Source: Planctomycetota bacterium (lineage in GTDB: Bacteria; Planctomycetota; GCA-002687715; CAIWVZ01). From it: a stretch of DNA of 64,000 nt. Below, one piece after another: positions 28,928 through 38,323 of the stretch (positions within the stretch are counted from its first letter, which is position 1; each line of letters begins with the position of its first letter). The DNA is taken from positions 1,789,337-1,853,336 of the forward strand of contig JBGANV010000001.1 in NCBI GenBank assembly GCA_044222185.1. Reading direction: 5' to 3'. Position numbers and translations under genes: made by a program. The notes beneath the pieces were generated by a model. The model was given only the letters and a program-made list of their open reading frames with translations. It was not told the DNA's origin and ran no database searches.

Positions 28928-31017
28928 GCCACACCAACCGGGACATTCACCTCGGATTCGACGCCGCGCACGACTCCCGTGCCCGTCGATTGAGCGATAC
29001 GTACCAGCCCACCCACGTCGAGGATGAGCGCCACACGCCCATCACCCATGATCGTCGCGCCCATCACGCCTTCGACGCGACGGAAGTTCGTGTCGAGTGT
29101 CTTGATCACGACCTGCTGCTGACCGAGAAGCTCGTCCACCAGGATCGCGACGCGGTCGCCCTGGTTCTCGACGATGACCACGATCCCGTCGGATGGATTC
29201 TCCGACCGCGGTGGAACACCGAGCACGCGGTGGAGCCGGACGAGGGCTCGCGCCTCGCCCCGGACCATCACGACCTGACCGCGTCCGAGCACGGACTTGA
29301 TCTGCTCGGGCCGTGGCCGCAGCGATTCGACGATCGACACGAGCGGCAGTACGAACGACTGATCACCGACGGCCAGCGTCAATCCGTCGAGGATCGCCAG
29401 CGTCAGCGGGAGCTTGATCACGAATCGCGACCCTTCGCCCTTGCGCGTGACGATGCTCACGGTGCCGTTGAGGGCCTCCACGTTCTTCTTGACGACGTCC
29501 ATGCCGACCCCGCGCCCCGACACGTCCGTGACTTTGTCCGCCGTCGAGAACGCCGGCTCGAAGATCATCTGGTGAATCTGCTCGTCGCTCACCTGGTCGT
29601 CGGGCCGCAACAGTCCGCGCTCGATGCCCTTCTTGCGGATGCGCTCCGTGTTCAGCCCACGGCCGTCGTCGGAGACCTCGATGACCACGGTGCCACCTTG
29701 CGTGGATGCCGCGAGCCGGATGGTTCCCTCTTCGCGCTTTCCAGACGCCAGCCGGTCCTCGGGCCCCTCGATGCCGTGATCCAGCGCGTTGCGGATCAAG
29801 TGCGTCAGTGGGTCGCCGATGCGTTCGACAACGCCCTTGTCGAGCTCCGTCTCCTCACCGGCCATCACCAGGTTGACCTTCTTGTTCAGCGTGCCGGCGA
29901 GATCCCGCACGACTCGGGGGAAGCGGCTGAAGATGCTGCCGATCGGCACCATCCGCACGGACATCACGCGCTCCTGCAGCTCGCGCGTGTTTCGCTCCAT
30001 CTGGGCGACGGCCTCGTTCAGCCGCGCCAGCTTCTCCGTCGTGAAGTGAGTCACGACGTCGGACACCATGGACTGAGAGATCACGAGCTCGCCGACCAGG
30101 TTGATGAGCTTGTCGATCTTGTCGACCGCGACCCGGATGGATGCGCCGTCACCGGCGGGGGTTCGTGGAGTCGGCTCGCCCGTCTTCGCAGGCGGAGCCT
30201 TTTCGCTCCGCAGCACGAGTGACGCGTCATCCGCAGCCACCGGCTTCTTCGCTTCGGCCGCGGGTGCGGCGACGACGGGAATCTCCTGCGCCGGAGCCAT
30301 TCCGCAGCATTCGATCTTGATCTCGGCCCCGTCTTCCACGAACGCGAAGGCGTCGCGAATGCGTTGCTCGTCGACCCGCCCCTCGAGCCGCAGGCTCCAG
30401 CTCAAATGGCAATCGAGCGGCTCCAGATCATCGAGGGCGGGGATGCGAGCGAGATCGAGGGTCACGTCGGACAACGTTCCGAGCTCTCCGATCTCGCGGA
30501 GCACCAGCAGGGGATCCATGCCCTGCGTGAAGATGTTTCGGGCAGGGCGAAAGGAGATCTTCCAGGTCGAAGCGCCCGTCGCCGTGGGCCTGGCGGCGCC
30601 GGCCACCGATGCCCCGTGCGTGGGCGCACCGTGCTTCGCCAGCACCCCGTCGATTTCGCCCAGCACCTGGTCGACGTTGGACGGCGGCGCGGTGCCTTCC
30701 TTCGCCGACACGAGGAGCTCCAGGAGAACGTCTCGCGAGCGCAGGACGAGGTCGATGAGCGGCTTCGTCGCCGCGATCTCGCCTTCACGCATCTTGTCGA
30801 GCAGGCTCTCCAGCGAGTGGGTGAATCGGGTGACGCCCTCGAGCCCGAACGTTCCGCTCCCGCCCTTGATGGAGTGGGCAGCGCGGAAGATCTCGTTCAG
30901 GAGCTCCCGGTCGTCGGGGCTGGTCTCGAGCTTGAGGAGCGCCGTCTCCATGTTGGCGACGTGCTCGTTCGCTTCTTCGAAGAACGCTTCTCGGAACCGA
31001 TTGAGATCGATCTGCAT
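28924..31017 (-). CDS. cheA: Chemotaxis histidine kinase CheA
   Basis: Hpt domain with HSIKGGSGTFG. Dimerisation and HATPase domains (NALDHGIE, DDGRGL, GRGVGMDVV). C-terminal CheW-like domain. Confidence 0.9.
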   Translation of the reverse strand: MQIDLNRFREAFFEEANEHVANMETALLKLETSPDDRELLNEIFRAAHSIKGGSGTFGLEGVTRFTHSLESLLDKMREGEIAATKPLIDLVLRSRDVLLELLVSAKEGTAPPSNVDQVLGEIDGVLAKHGAPTHGASVAGAARPTATGASTWKISFRPARNIFTQGMDPLLVLREIGELGTLSDVTLDLARIPALDDLEPLDCHLSWSLRLEGRVDEQRIRDAFAFVEDGAEIKIECCGMAPAQEIPVVAAPAAEAKKPVAADDASLVLRSEKAPPAKTGEPTPRTPAGDGASIRVAVDKIDKLINLVGELVISQSMVSDVVTHFTTEKLARLNEAVAQMERNTRELQERVMSVRMVPIGSIFSRFPRVVRDLAGTLNKKVNLVMAGEETELDKGVVERIGDPLTHLIRNALDHGIEGPEDRLASGKREEGTIRLAASTQGGTVVIEVSDDGRGLNTERIRKKGIERGLLRPDDQVSDEQIHQMIFEPAFSTADKVTDVSGRGVGMDVVKKNVEALNGTVSIVTRKGEGSRFVIKLPLTLAILDGLTLAVGDQSFVLPLVSIVESLRPRPEQIKSVLGRGQVVMVRGEARALVRLHRVLGVPPRSENPSDGIVVIVENQGDRVAILVDELLGQQQVVIKTLDTNFRRVEGVMGATIMGDGRVALILDVGGLVRIAQSTGTGVVRGVESEVNVPVGVA

Positions 31018-31034
31018 GGGCGCACCTCAACGGT

Positions 31035-31403
31035 TCAGGGAACGACCTTCTTGATGACCTGGAGGAGCTGATCAGGGTTGAACGGCTTGACGATCCAACC
31101 GGTCGCGCCTGCCGCCTTCCCCTCCTGCTTCTTCGTGTCGTTCGTCTCAGTGGTCAGCATCAGCACTGGCGTGAACTTGCACGCCGCACGGGTCCTGACC
31201 TGCTTGATGAACTGGATCCCGTCCATGACGGGCATGTTCAGGTCCGTGATGATGAGATCGACCTTCTGCTGTTTCTCGAGCTGGTCGATCCCTTCCTGCC
31301 CGTTGCCGCCCTCGAAGACGGTGAAGCCCGCCTCCTTGAGGGTGAAGGCCACCATCTGTCGCATGGTTGTCGAATCGTCGACGATCAGCGCCGCTTTGCT
31401 CAC
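31035..31403 (-). CDS. cheY: CheY-like single-domain response regulator
   Basis: GTG start preceded by GGAGAG. ALIVDDSTTMRQ...DLNMPVMDG...K motifs. 122 aa. Confidence 0.8.
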   Translation of the reverse strand: MSKAALIVDDSTTMRQMVAFTLKEAGFTVFEGGNGQEGIDQLEKQQKVDLIITDLNMPVMDGIQFIKQVRTRAACKFTPVLMLTTETNDTKKQEGKAAGATGWIVKPFNPDQLLQVIKKVVP

Positions 31404-31419
31404 GTCATGCTCTCCGCGC

Positions 31420-32526
31420 TCAGAACAGCTCGATGTCGCTCCCCGAATCGGCCGGCACTTCGCTGGTCGACCCGAGCGCCTGGGAAAGGATTTGCCGCTC
31501 CTGTTCCATCGTGTACCCGGCACGCAAACGGGCGACGAGTTCCTCCTGCCGGTTCTCGACCCAGATGGGGCGGGTCGGCAGGAGCGCCTCGAGGGGACCG
31601 TCGAGCGCCTGTTTCATCGAATCGAGTGCGCGCACGACGTGGTCGATGCGCTGATTGACTCGATCCTGGAATTGCATGGCCATGACGGCGCCCGCCACTT
31701 CGCCGGCGAGATCCTCGCCACGTTGCGAAGCCGTGCGGAGGGAGTCCTCCATGGCCTGGTGCGTCTCGCTGAGGATGCCGAAGGTGTTCTCCACTTCCGT
31801 CCGGCTCAGCAGAACTTCATTCATGTCTTCCGACGCGAGGACGCGAAGGTCCTCTACCGTCTCCTGAACCTCGTGCCCGACCTCGCCGATGATGTCGCGA
31901 ATGAGGCGAGCGATGTCGTCCGACCGCCGTGCGAGGCTCGAGATCTCGTCCGCGACGACGGAGAATCCCTTCCCCATCTCGCCGACGTGGACGGCCTGGA
32001 TCTTCGCGTTGATGGCGAGCACGCGAGTGACGTTGGCGATCTCGTTGACCTGGTCGAGCGTCTGAACGATCCGCTTCATTCCCGACGCGACGTCGTCCAT
32101 GCGGTAGACGACCTTCATCGAGAGCTGGCTGCCCTTCAGGATCCGCTCCATCAGGTGTTCCAGCGTGCTGCGGGTCGTGTTGATCAGCTTGTCGACGCCG
32201 CGCTTGTCGCCTCCACCTGACGCGCTGGGTTCGGCGCTGAGGACCTTGCGAGCCTCGGAGACGGACTCGCGGGCCCGCTTTGCCATTCCCTGGAAGTTGT
32301 TGCAGACGCCGACGACGGCCTGCTCGATCTGGCCTGCGGTCTGGCGGAGTTGCTCCGCGAGCACACTGAGGATGGGGCTGTGGGCCGCGGCCTCGGCTTC
32401 CAGGCTCTGCAGAAGCTGGGCGCGATCCGTGCCGGACGTCGAGTCCGCCACCAGCGTCCCCCCTGCGTCGTCGATCGGGGCATGGCTCGCATCGCCATGG
32501 GTGCCCGGTTCCTGCCGAGATGTCAT
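31420..32526 (-). CDS. Soluble (no TM) methyl-accepting chemotaxis-like protein
   Basis: MCP signalling-domain core variant (NEIANVTRVLAINAKIQAVHVGEMGKGFSVVADEISSLARRS). No hydrophobic segments. AGGAG RBS before MTSRQ. Confidence 0.7.
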   Translation of the reverse strand: MTSRQEPGTHGDASHAPIDDAGGTLVADSTSGTDRAQLLQSLEAEAAAHSPILSVLAEQLRQTAGQIEQAVVGVCNNFQGMAKRARESVSEARKVLSAEPSASGGGDKRGVDKLINTTRSTLEHLMERILKGSQLSMKVVYRMDDVASGMKRIVQTLDQVNEIANVTRVLAINAKIQAVHVGEMGKGFSVVADEISSLARRSDDIARLIRDIIGEVGHEVQETVEDLRVLASEDMNEVLLSRTEVENTFGILSETHQAMEDSLRTASQRGEDLAGEVAGAVMAMQFQDRVNQRIDHVVRALDSMKQALDGPLEALLPTRPIWVENRQEELVARLRAGYTMEQERQILSQALGSTSEVPADSGSDIELF

Positions 32527-32616
32527 CCTCTCGCTCTCCTTCGATCGCCTGAATCGCACTTACGAGCTATCGCACTCCGTTCGTCGTATCCCGAACGGCG
32601 AACCCACCGCGCCGGA

Positions 32617-32949
32617 CTACTCCAGATGCGAAAGGAAGCCGAGGCCGGCCATCCTCATCGCATCCGAAACCAGGCGGCTCGCCGGCCCCACGTGGAGCTT
32701 GCGTCCGTGCTTCTCGAGCGCCTGCTTGAGCGCGATCACCAGCTGGAATGCGCTGGCATCGAGCCGTTCGGCCTGCTCCCACTCCAGTTCCGTCTTGCCC
32801 TCGGAATCCAGCATTCCGATCGCTGCGCGCCGAAGCTCTTCGGCGTGGTCGAACGTCACCGATCCCGAAAGAACGAGCCGGATCCCTCCCGCGGGAAGGG
32901 GAACCACGCGCACGGGCGCATCCAGAGTTGCAGGTGTTGTCGGCTCCAT
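32617..32949 (-). CDS. STAS-domain protein (second anti-sigma antagonist-like protein)
   Basis: 110 aa. Its size and the ...DASAFQLVIAL... region are consistent with the STAS/SpoIIAA fold. It is the first gene of the che operon. Confidence 0.6.
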   Translation of the reverse strand: MEPTTPATLDAPVRVVPLPAGGIRLVLSGSVTFDHAEELRRAAIGMLDSEGKTELEWEQAERLDASAFQLVIALKQALEKHGRKLHVGPASRLVSDAMRMAGLGFLSHLE

Positions 32950-33091
32950 GATCGCAGGGTCAGTATCGTCCGCACCTGCATGCTGGATTCAGTGCGGTCG
33001 ACCCGGCCATTCCGCGAGTGGATATTCGATCGCCACCAAGTTCGGGCTTTTCACGGGGGTCCGAACCGATGATGATCCTGGCGATCCATCC

Positions 33092-34678
33092 GTGAAACGC
33101 GTGCCACCATCCCCTGAAACTCGTCGCGAACCGGAGCCCCTGCTGAAGCCGCGAACCGGCGTCCTCGTCGCCGTCGGCCTCCTCATCGCTCTGCGCGTCT
33201 GGCAGGCCTCGAACACCAGTCTCTGGCTCGATGAACTCCACTCGCTCGCCCATGCGGCGCCGGCCGACGTCTCCAGTGTCCTCGAACATACGCACTGGGA
33301 CTTCCATCCCCCTCTCTTCTATCTCGCGCTCCACGCGCTCGGGGCGTTCGAACGCGCCGCGTGGCTCCGGATCGTCCCCATACTCGCGAACCTGCTCACG
33401 TTGCTGCCGCTGGCGATCTTCGCCCGCAGGACGCGCGGCAAGGACGACGGCTTCGTCCTCGCCGGCCTGGCCTTCGCCGCCATCCCGGCCTGCGTGCATT
33501 ACGGGACCGAGTTGCGGCCCTACGCATGGCTCACGCTGTTCAGCTCGCTGGCAGCCGCGTGCGCGTTCTCGGATGCGGGCCCGAAGCCGCTCCGCTGGGT
33601 CGGTTTCTGCCTCGCCACTGCGGCCGGGGTCCTCACTCATTACCTGATGGCGCCCATCATCGCAGCGATCGGCGCCGCACGCGTCGTCGTTGGAGTGATC
33701 CTCCGCCGACGGGGTGACGACGGCCGCATCGAACTGGGACGACTGCTTTCGCTGCCCTGGCTGATCGCAGCCGGTGCGCTCGGGGCGTGCGCATTCATCC
33801 CCTGGCTCATGGCCTACGCGGATTGGATGGTGAACCGCCCGCAGGAACTCGTACCCCCGGCGTCCCAGGGACGCGACGCGGGAGGATCGATCTGGCGTGA
33901 AGCCCTCGAGGGCCCCCTGAAGACTCTCGTGCCCATGGTGAATTCGCTGGGCCGACCGTGGTCGATCCTCGCCCTGGTCGGCTGCGTCGGACTGGCGCTC
34001 GCGGTCGTGAGCCTCGTCGCGGCGCGCTGGGCGGAGCGTCGCAGTGCCGGGCGTGGCCGGGCATCACCATCCACGGTCTCGGCGTGCACGTTCGCCGTCA
34101 TCCTCTTCCTCCTCACCATCGCGCTGTCGATCCTCGGCTGGCAACGCGTCCACGTGCGATATCTCGCGACGGCCTCGTGGGTCTGGCCCATCGTGTTCGC
34201 CGACGCCCTGGGCAGGCTTCGCGGCAGTCGGTGGTTCAGACCGATCGCCGGCACGTTCATCGGCGTCCTCCTCGCGCTGGGCGTGGCGCACGCTGGCGGC
34301 AACTCCCGCGAGAACGTGCGCGCGGCCGTCGAGGTCGCGCGCGCCGTCGGAGGTGCGGCGTCGGGAGACGCGATCTACACCGCACTCCTGCGTCAACCGT
34401 TGCGCTTCGAGAACGTCACGCCGTACTGGGCGTACGCCAAGGACATCTCGCCGGTCGAGCCGAGGGACCTCCCGCTCCCCACGACGCCCGAAGGACGACG
34501 TCCCGTCGTCGTCATCACCCGCTGGTACCGCGACCTGGATTCGGACCAGGCATTGGCCGCGGCGAAGGCCCAGGGTCCCACGGGATACTCCTACGTCCGT
34601 CTGCGCGACGGCCGACGCGTCGTCAAACGCATCGACGTCGACTCGACGATGACCGTGTGGCTCCTGGTCCCGCGATAG
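33092..34678 (+). CDS. Second ArnT/PMT-like GT-C glycosyltransferase
   Basis: ~11 TM helices with a WLDELHS loop motif after TM1, as in 18420..19910. GTG start chosen downstream of the divergent STAS gene, and the start is uncertain. Confidence 0.6.
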   Translation: MKRVPPSPETRREPEPLLKPRTGVLVAVGLLIALRVWQASNTSLWLDELHSLAHAAPADVSSVLEHTHWDFHPPLFYLALHALGAFERAAWLRIVPILANLLTLLPLAIFARRTRGKDDGFVLAGLAFAAIPACVHYGTELRPYAWLTLFSSLAAACAFSDAGPKPLRWVGFCLATAAGVLTHYLMAPIIAAIGAARVVVGVILRRRGDDGRIELGRLLSLPWLIAAGALGACAFIPWLMAYADWMVNRPQELVPPASQGRDAGGSIWREALEGPLKTLVPMVNSLGRPWSILALVGCVGLALAVVSLVAARWAERRSAGRGRASPSTVSACTFAVILFLLTIALSILGWQRVHVRYLATASWVWPIVFADALGRLRGSRWFRPIAGTFIGVLLALGVAHAGGNSRENVRAAVEVARAVGGAASGDAIYTALLRQPLRFENVTPYWAYAKDISPVEPRDLPLPTTPEGRRPVVVITRWYRDLDSDQALAAAKAQGPTGYSYVRLRDGRRVVKRIDVDSTMTVWLLVPR

Positions 34679-34691
34679 CTCGCAGGTCCGG

Positions 34692-35165
34692 TCAGGGGTT
34701 CTCGCTCGGCGCCAGGAGGATCGGCGTCACGCGGACGCGGTAGGGCGAGGGGACGGCATCGGGTGCCGTCACGTCGAGCGTGAACGCCGCCCCGTCTTCG
34801 AGCCCCGGAGCGCGGAAGCGGACCAGCTGCGTGTTGCCCTGCGTGGTCACGCTGTCGACCGCCACGCCTTCACCCGTCACGACGACGGTCGGCGCGTCTG
34901 CCGTCGGAGCCCCGCTCTCGCTCGTGACGACGACCCGCACTGCGGGCACGACGCTCCCCCGGCTCCTGACGGTCGCGTCGAGCTGCACGGACCTGCCCTC
35001 GGTCCCGGGCCAGAACAACGAACTCATCGTGGTGCCGTCGAGCCGCATCGCCTCGCGGCTGCCCGGCGGATCGGACGCGCAGCCGGTCGCCAGCATGAGG
35101 AGCGCCGCCAACGAGACGAGCGTGAGCTTGCAGGAGCTTCGTGCGTGCAGGGGGTATGCCTTCAT
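34692..35165 (-). CDS. Lipoprotein, function unknown
   Basis: Signal peptide with lipobox LATGC. 157 aa. Confidence 0.5.
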   Translation of the reverse strand: MKAYPLHARSSCKLTLVSLAALLMLATGCASDPPGSREAMRLDGTTMSSLFWPGTEGRSVQLDATVRSRGSVVPAVRVVVTSESGAPTADAPTVVVTGEGVAVDSVTTQGNTQLVRFRAPGLEDGAAFTLDVTAPDAVPSPYRVRVTPILLAPSENP

Positions 35166-35176
35166 GCGATTGTTCC

Positions 35177-36211
35177 TCAGGAGGAGGTCTTCGGCGCGCT
35201 GCCCGAGCGGCGGAGGCGCGAGCGGATCGACTCGACGACGCGTTCCGCCACGGCCATGGCCTGAACGCCGTGCTCGCCCGTGACGCTCGGGGCGCGCCCC
35301 TCGCGGATCGCCGTGACGAACTCCGTGTCCTCACGCTTCAGCGGCTCGAACTCCTGGATCTCGAGCTTCTCGATCCGAAGCATGTCTTTCAGCATGATGT
35401 CGAGCGGATTGATCTTCGACAGGTCGAGCGTTCGCGCAGCGATCCTGGATTTCAGGTCCTCGCCCGGCCGGATGATCTGACCGGTCTTCTTGTAGAAGTC
35501 GAGCGTGACGTAGCCCTCGGGGGCGAACATCCGCATCTTGCGCTCGGTCTTCAGCGCGAGCCGCGACGCGGTGACGTTGGCCACGGCCCCGTTCTCGAAG
35601 GTGATGCGCGCGTTCGCCAGGTCCTCGAGGTCGCCCACGACTCCCACCCCGACGGCATCCACCGTCTCGACCGGCGACTGGGCCAGGTAGAGGATGATGT
35701 CGATGTCGTGGATCATCATGTCGAGTACGACCGAGATGTCCTGCGAGCGGAAGCTGAACGGCGACACTCGCTGAGCCTCGATGAATCGCGGCACGATGCG
35801 CCGTTCGAGGATCGCGACGATCGCGGGGTTGAAGCGCTCGACGTGTCCCACCATCAAGACCGTCCCCGCGCGGCGCGCGCGGTCGACGAGGTCCGTGGCC
35901 TCCGCGAGCGTCGATGCGAGAGGTTTCTCGACCATGCAGGCGATGCCGCGATCGAGGAGCCGACCTGCGACTGCGTGGTGATGGATCGTTGGAGTGGCGA
36001 CGACCGCGGCACGCACGCTCGGGGGGAGCTGATCCGGAGAGGTCAGCGCCGCGCACTTCGAGGCCTTGGCGATCTCCTGGGCACGCGCTCCGTCCTGGTC
36101 GACGACGGCCACGAGGCGGCACGTGGGGATCTCCGACAGGATTCGCGCATGGATCTTGCCCAGGTGTCCCACGCCGACGACGGCGACGTCGATGCGATCC
36201 CCCGAGGTCAC
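35177..36211 (-). CDS. Gfo/Idh/MocA-family NAD-dependent oxidoreductase (GnnA-like candidate)
   Basis: N-terminal IDVAVVGVGHLGKIHA Rossmann motif plus the EKP motif. The GTG start forms a GTGA overlap with the lpxA stop. Confidence 0.75.
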   Translation of the reverse strand: MTSGDRIDVAVVGVGHLGKIHARILSEIPTCRLVAVVDQDGARAQEIAKASKCAALTSPDQLPPSVRAAVVATPTIHHHAVAGRLLDRGIACMVEKPLASTLAEATDLVDRARRAGTVLMVGHVERFNPAIVAILERRIVPRFIEAQRVSPFSFRSQDISVVLDMMIHDIDIILYLAQSPVETVDAVGVGVVGDLEDLANARITFENGAVANVTASRLALKTERKMRMFAPEGYVTLDFYKKTGQIIRPGEDLKSRIAARTLDLSKINPLDIMLKDMLRIEKLEIQEFEPLKREDTEFVTAIREGRAPSVTGEHGVQAMAVAERVVESIRSRLRRSGSAPKTSS

Positions 36212-37032
36212 GACGGGTCCCGCGCCCGTCCGAAGGCCCCGCGCTCCGTTCGTCTGAGGAACTCGACCAGGTCGCCGACCTCCGCCGTCACGTTCGGCTG
36301 CAAAGCCACCTCGTCCAGGATCTGGGTGCGAGGACGCTTGCTCCGGAACACCGTGCGGTGGGCCTCGCGCAGCGCCGCGATCTGGTCTTCCGAATAGCCG
36401 TTGCGCTGAAGCCCGACGACGTTGACCTTCCACACCTTCGCCGGGTTGCCCTCGACGATCATGTAGGGCGGTACGTCCTGCACGATTCGCGTGAGTCCGC
36501 CGACGTACGCGAGGCGGCCGATCGTCGTGAATTGCTGGACGCAGGCGGCGCCGTTAAGGATCGCGCCGTCGTCGATCATCACGTGACCAGCGATCAGGAC
36601 GTTGTTCGCCATCACGACCTGGTCGCCGACGACGCAATCGTGCGCTACGTGGCAGCACGCCATGAGGAGGTTCCGGCTCCCGATGCGGGTGTAGCCGTCG
36701 CCTTTCATGGTGCCGCGGTTCAGAGTCACGAACTCGCGGATCTGGTTGTTGTCGCCGAGCGTGAGCCAGGTGATCTCGCCCTTGTACAGTCGATCCTGGG
36801 GATCGCCGCCGACGGCCGCGTGGTGGTGGATGACGTTGTCGGAACCCAAACGCGTGAACGGGCCGATGCTGCAGTTCGAACCGATGCGCGTGCGGTCTCC
36901 GATCTCGCACGCTTCGTTCACGACCGTGTACGGACCGATCGTCACTCCGGCGCCGATCACGGCAGTCGGGTGGATGACGGCGGTCGGATGGATCTCCACG
37001 GTTGCGCTCACGAGTGGAATCGCCTCACGCAT
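36208..37032 (-). CDS. lpxA: Acyl-ACP--UDP-N-acetylglucosamine O-acyltransferase LpxA
   Basis: IHPTAVI hexapeptide repeats and the C-terminal helical domain typical of LpxA. The start could be 7 codons downstream. Confidence 0.9.
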   Translation of the reverse strand: MREAIPLVSATVEIHPTAVIHPTAVIGAGVTIGPYTVVNEACEIGDRTRIGSNCSIGPFTRLGSDNVIHHHAAVGGDPQDRLYKGEITWLTLGDNNQIREFVTLNRGTMKGDGYTRIGSRNLLMACCHVAHDCVVGDQVVMANNVLIAGHVMIDDGAILNGAACVQQFTTIGRLAYVGGLTRIVQDVPPYMIVEGNPAKVWKVNVVGLQRNGYSEDQIAALREAHRTVFRSKRPRTQILDEVALQPNVTAEVGDLVEFLRRTERGAFGRARDPS

Positions 37033-38323
37033 CCATCAGCATGAACTTCATGATCGCCTCGCACGTCAGCTCGTCGTTGACGCTCGCGCGGCCGTAGACC
37101 TTCGCGGACTTCGCACGGATGGAGAGCGTTTCGCACTCCAGACGAAGCTGGTCGCCCGGCACCACGGGCCGGCGGAACTTGATGCGATCGATGGAAAGCA
37201 GCACGGCGACCTTGGCCGTGTTCAACAGTCTGCGCAGAAGCAGGACGCCTGAGAGCTGAGCCAAGGCCTCCACCTGCACGACTCCCGGAAGGATCGGCTG
37301 TCCCGGCCAGTGCCCTTCGAAGAACGGCTCGTTGATGGAGACGTTCTTCACTCCGACGGCGCGCTGGTATCCCTCGAGCGCCAGCACCCGGTCCACGAAG
37401 AGGAACGGGAACCGGTGCGGGATGATCTTCATGATCTCCTTGATGTCGAGGGCGGTCTCCGACGCCACCATCCCCTGCACCTCGAGCATCTTCAGCCGCG
37501 CAGCCAGGCGGGTGACGAGCTCGAGGTTCATCCGATGGCCGGTCTTCGTGGCGACGATGTGCGCCTCGAGGTCCGCATCGAGCATGGTCAGGTCACCGAG
37601 CAGGTCCAGCACCTTGTGCCGCGCGGGCTCGTTGTCGAGCCGGAAGGTGTTGTCGACGACGCCGGACTCGCCGATCACGAGCGTGTTCTTCGTGTTGGCT
37701 CCCAGGCCGAGCCCCATCTCCTGGAGCTTGCGCGCCTCGACCTCGAGGCAGAACGTGCGCGCCGGTGCGATCTGCGTGAGGAACTTCTCCTCGTTGACGT
37801 CGACGGTGACGAACTGTGGTTTGAGCCCCGGCGCGTTGCCGTAGTCGAGCGTGTAGGAGATGCGCAACGCGGCGGGGTGAGGGAAGGCCGTCAGCGTCGC
37901 GTCACCCTCGGCGACCGCGACCGGCTGATCGAGCTGGAAGACCTTGCGCGGCGCCTTCTGCTCCTGGCGCCCGGCGTCGCGGAGCCCCTCGGCGTACGGG
38001 AGTGCCGAGCCGTCCAGCCCCGGAAGCTCGGATCCGTCGATCTCCACCTGCACGTTGTCGATCCCGAGTACGTAGAGGCCGGCGGCGAGGTGCTCGACCG
38101 TCCCGATCTCGAGTTCGCCGTTGCTGATCGCCGACTGCCGATCGCGCTTGACCGCCAGGTCGCGCCGGAGCGGGATCCGCGGTTTGCCGGGCACGTCCGT
38201 GCGGATGAAGACGACGCCCGTGTCGGGCTCACCCGGCTTCACGACGACCGTGACCTCGCGCCCCGTGTGCAGCCCGATACCGCGGAAAGTGACGGAGTTG
38301 CGGACGGTGCGTTGATTTCTCAC
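37025..38323 (-). CDS. lpxC: Bifunctional LpxC (UDP-3-O-acyl-GlcNAc deacetylase) / FabZ (3-hydroxyacyl-ACP dehydratase) fusion
   Basis: N-terminal ~290 aa match LpxC ([21 protein letters not shown]..., [10 protein letters not shown]). C-terminal ~140 aa match FabZ ([13 protein letters not shown]...[15 protein letters not shown]). Confidence 0.85.
   Translation of the reverse strand: MRNQRTVRNSVTFRGIGLHTGREVTVVVKPGEPDTGVVFIRTDVPGKPRIPLRRDLAVKRDRQSAISNGELEIGTVEHLAAGLYVLGIDNVQVEIDGSELPGLDGSALPYAEGLRDAGRQEQKAPRKVFQLDQPVAVAEGDATLTAFPHPAALRISYTLDYGNAPGLKPQFVTVDVNEEKFLTQIAPARTFCLEVEARKLQEMGLGLGANTKNTLVIGESGVVDNTFRLDNEPARHKVLDLLGDLTMLDADLEAHIVATKTGHRMNLELVTRLAARLKMLEVQGMVASETALDIKEIMKIIPHRFPFLFVDRVLALEGYQRAVGVKNVSINEPFFEGHWPGQPILPGVVQVEALAQLSGVLLLRRLLNTAKVAVLLSIDRIKFRRPVVPGDQLRLECETLSIRAKSAKVYGRASVNDELTCEAIMKFMLMDA

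Noticed and set aside
36212-36433. N-terminal 74-codon extension of the Gfo/Idh/MocA ORF
   Set aside because: The extension overlaps the lpxA coding sequence and precedes the Rossmann motif. The internal GTG creating a GTGA overlap with the lpxA stop is the more plausible start.
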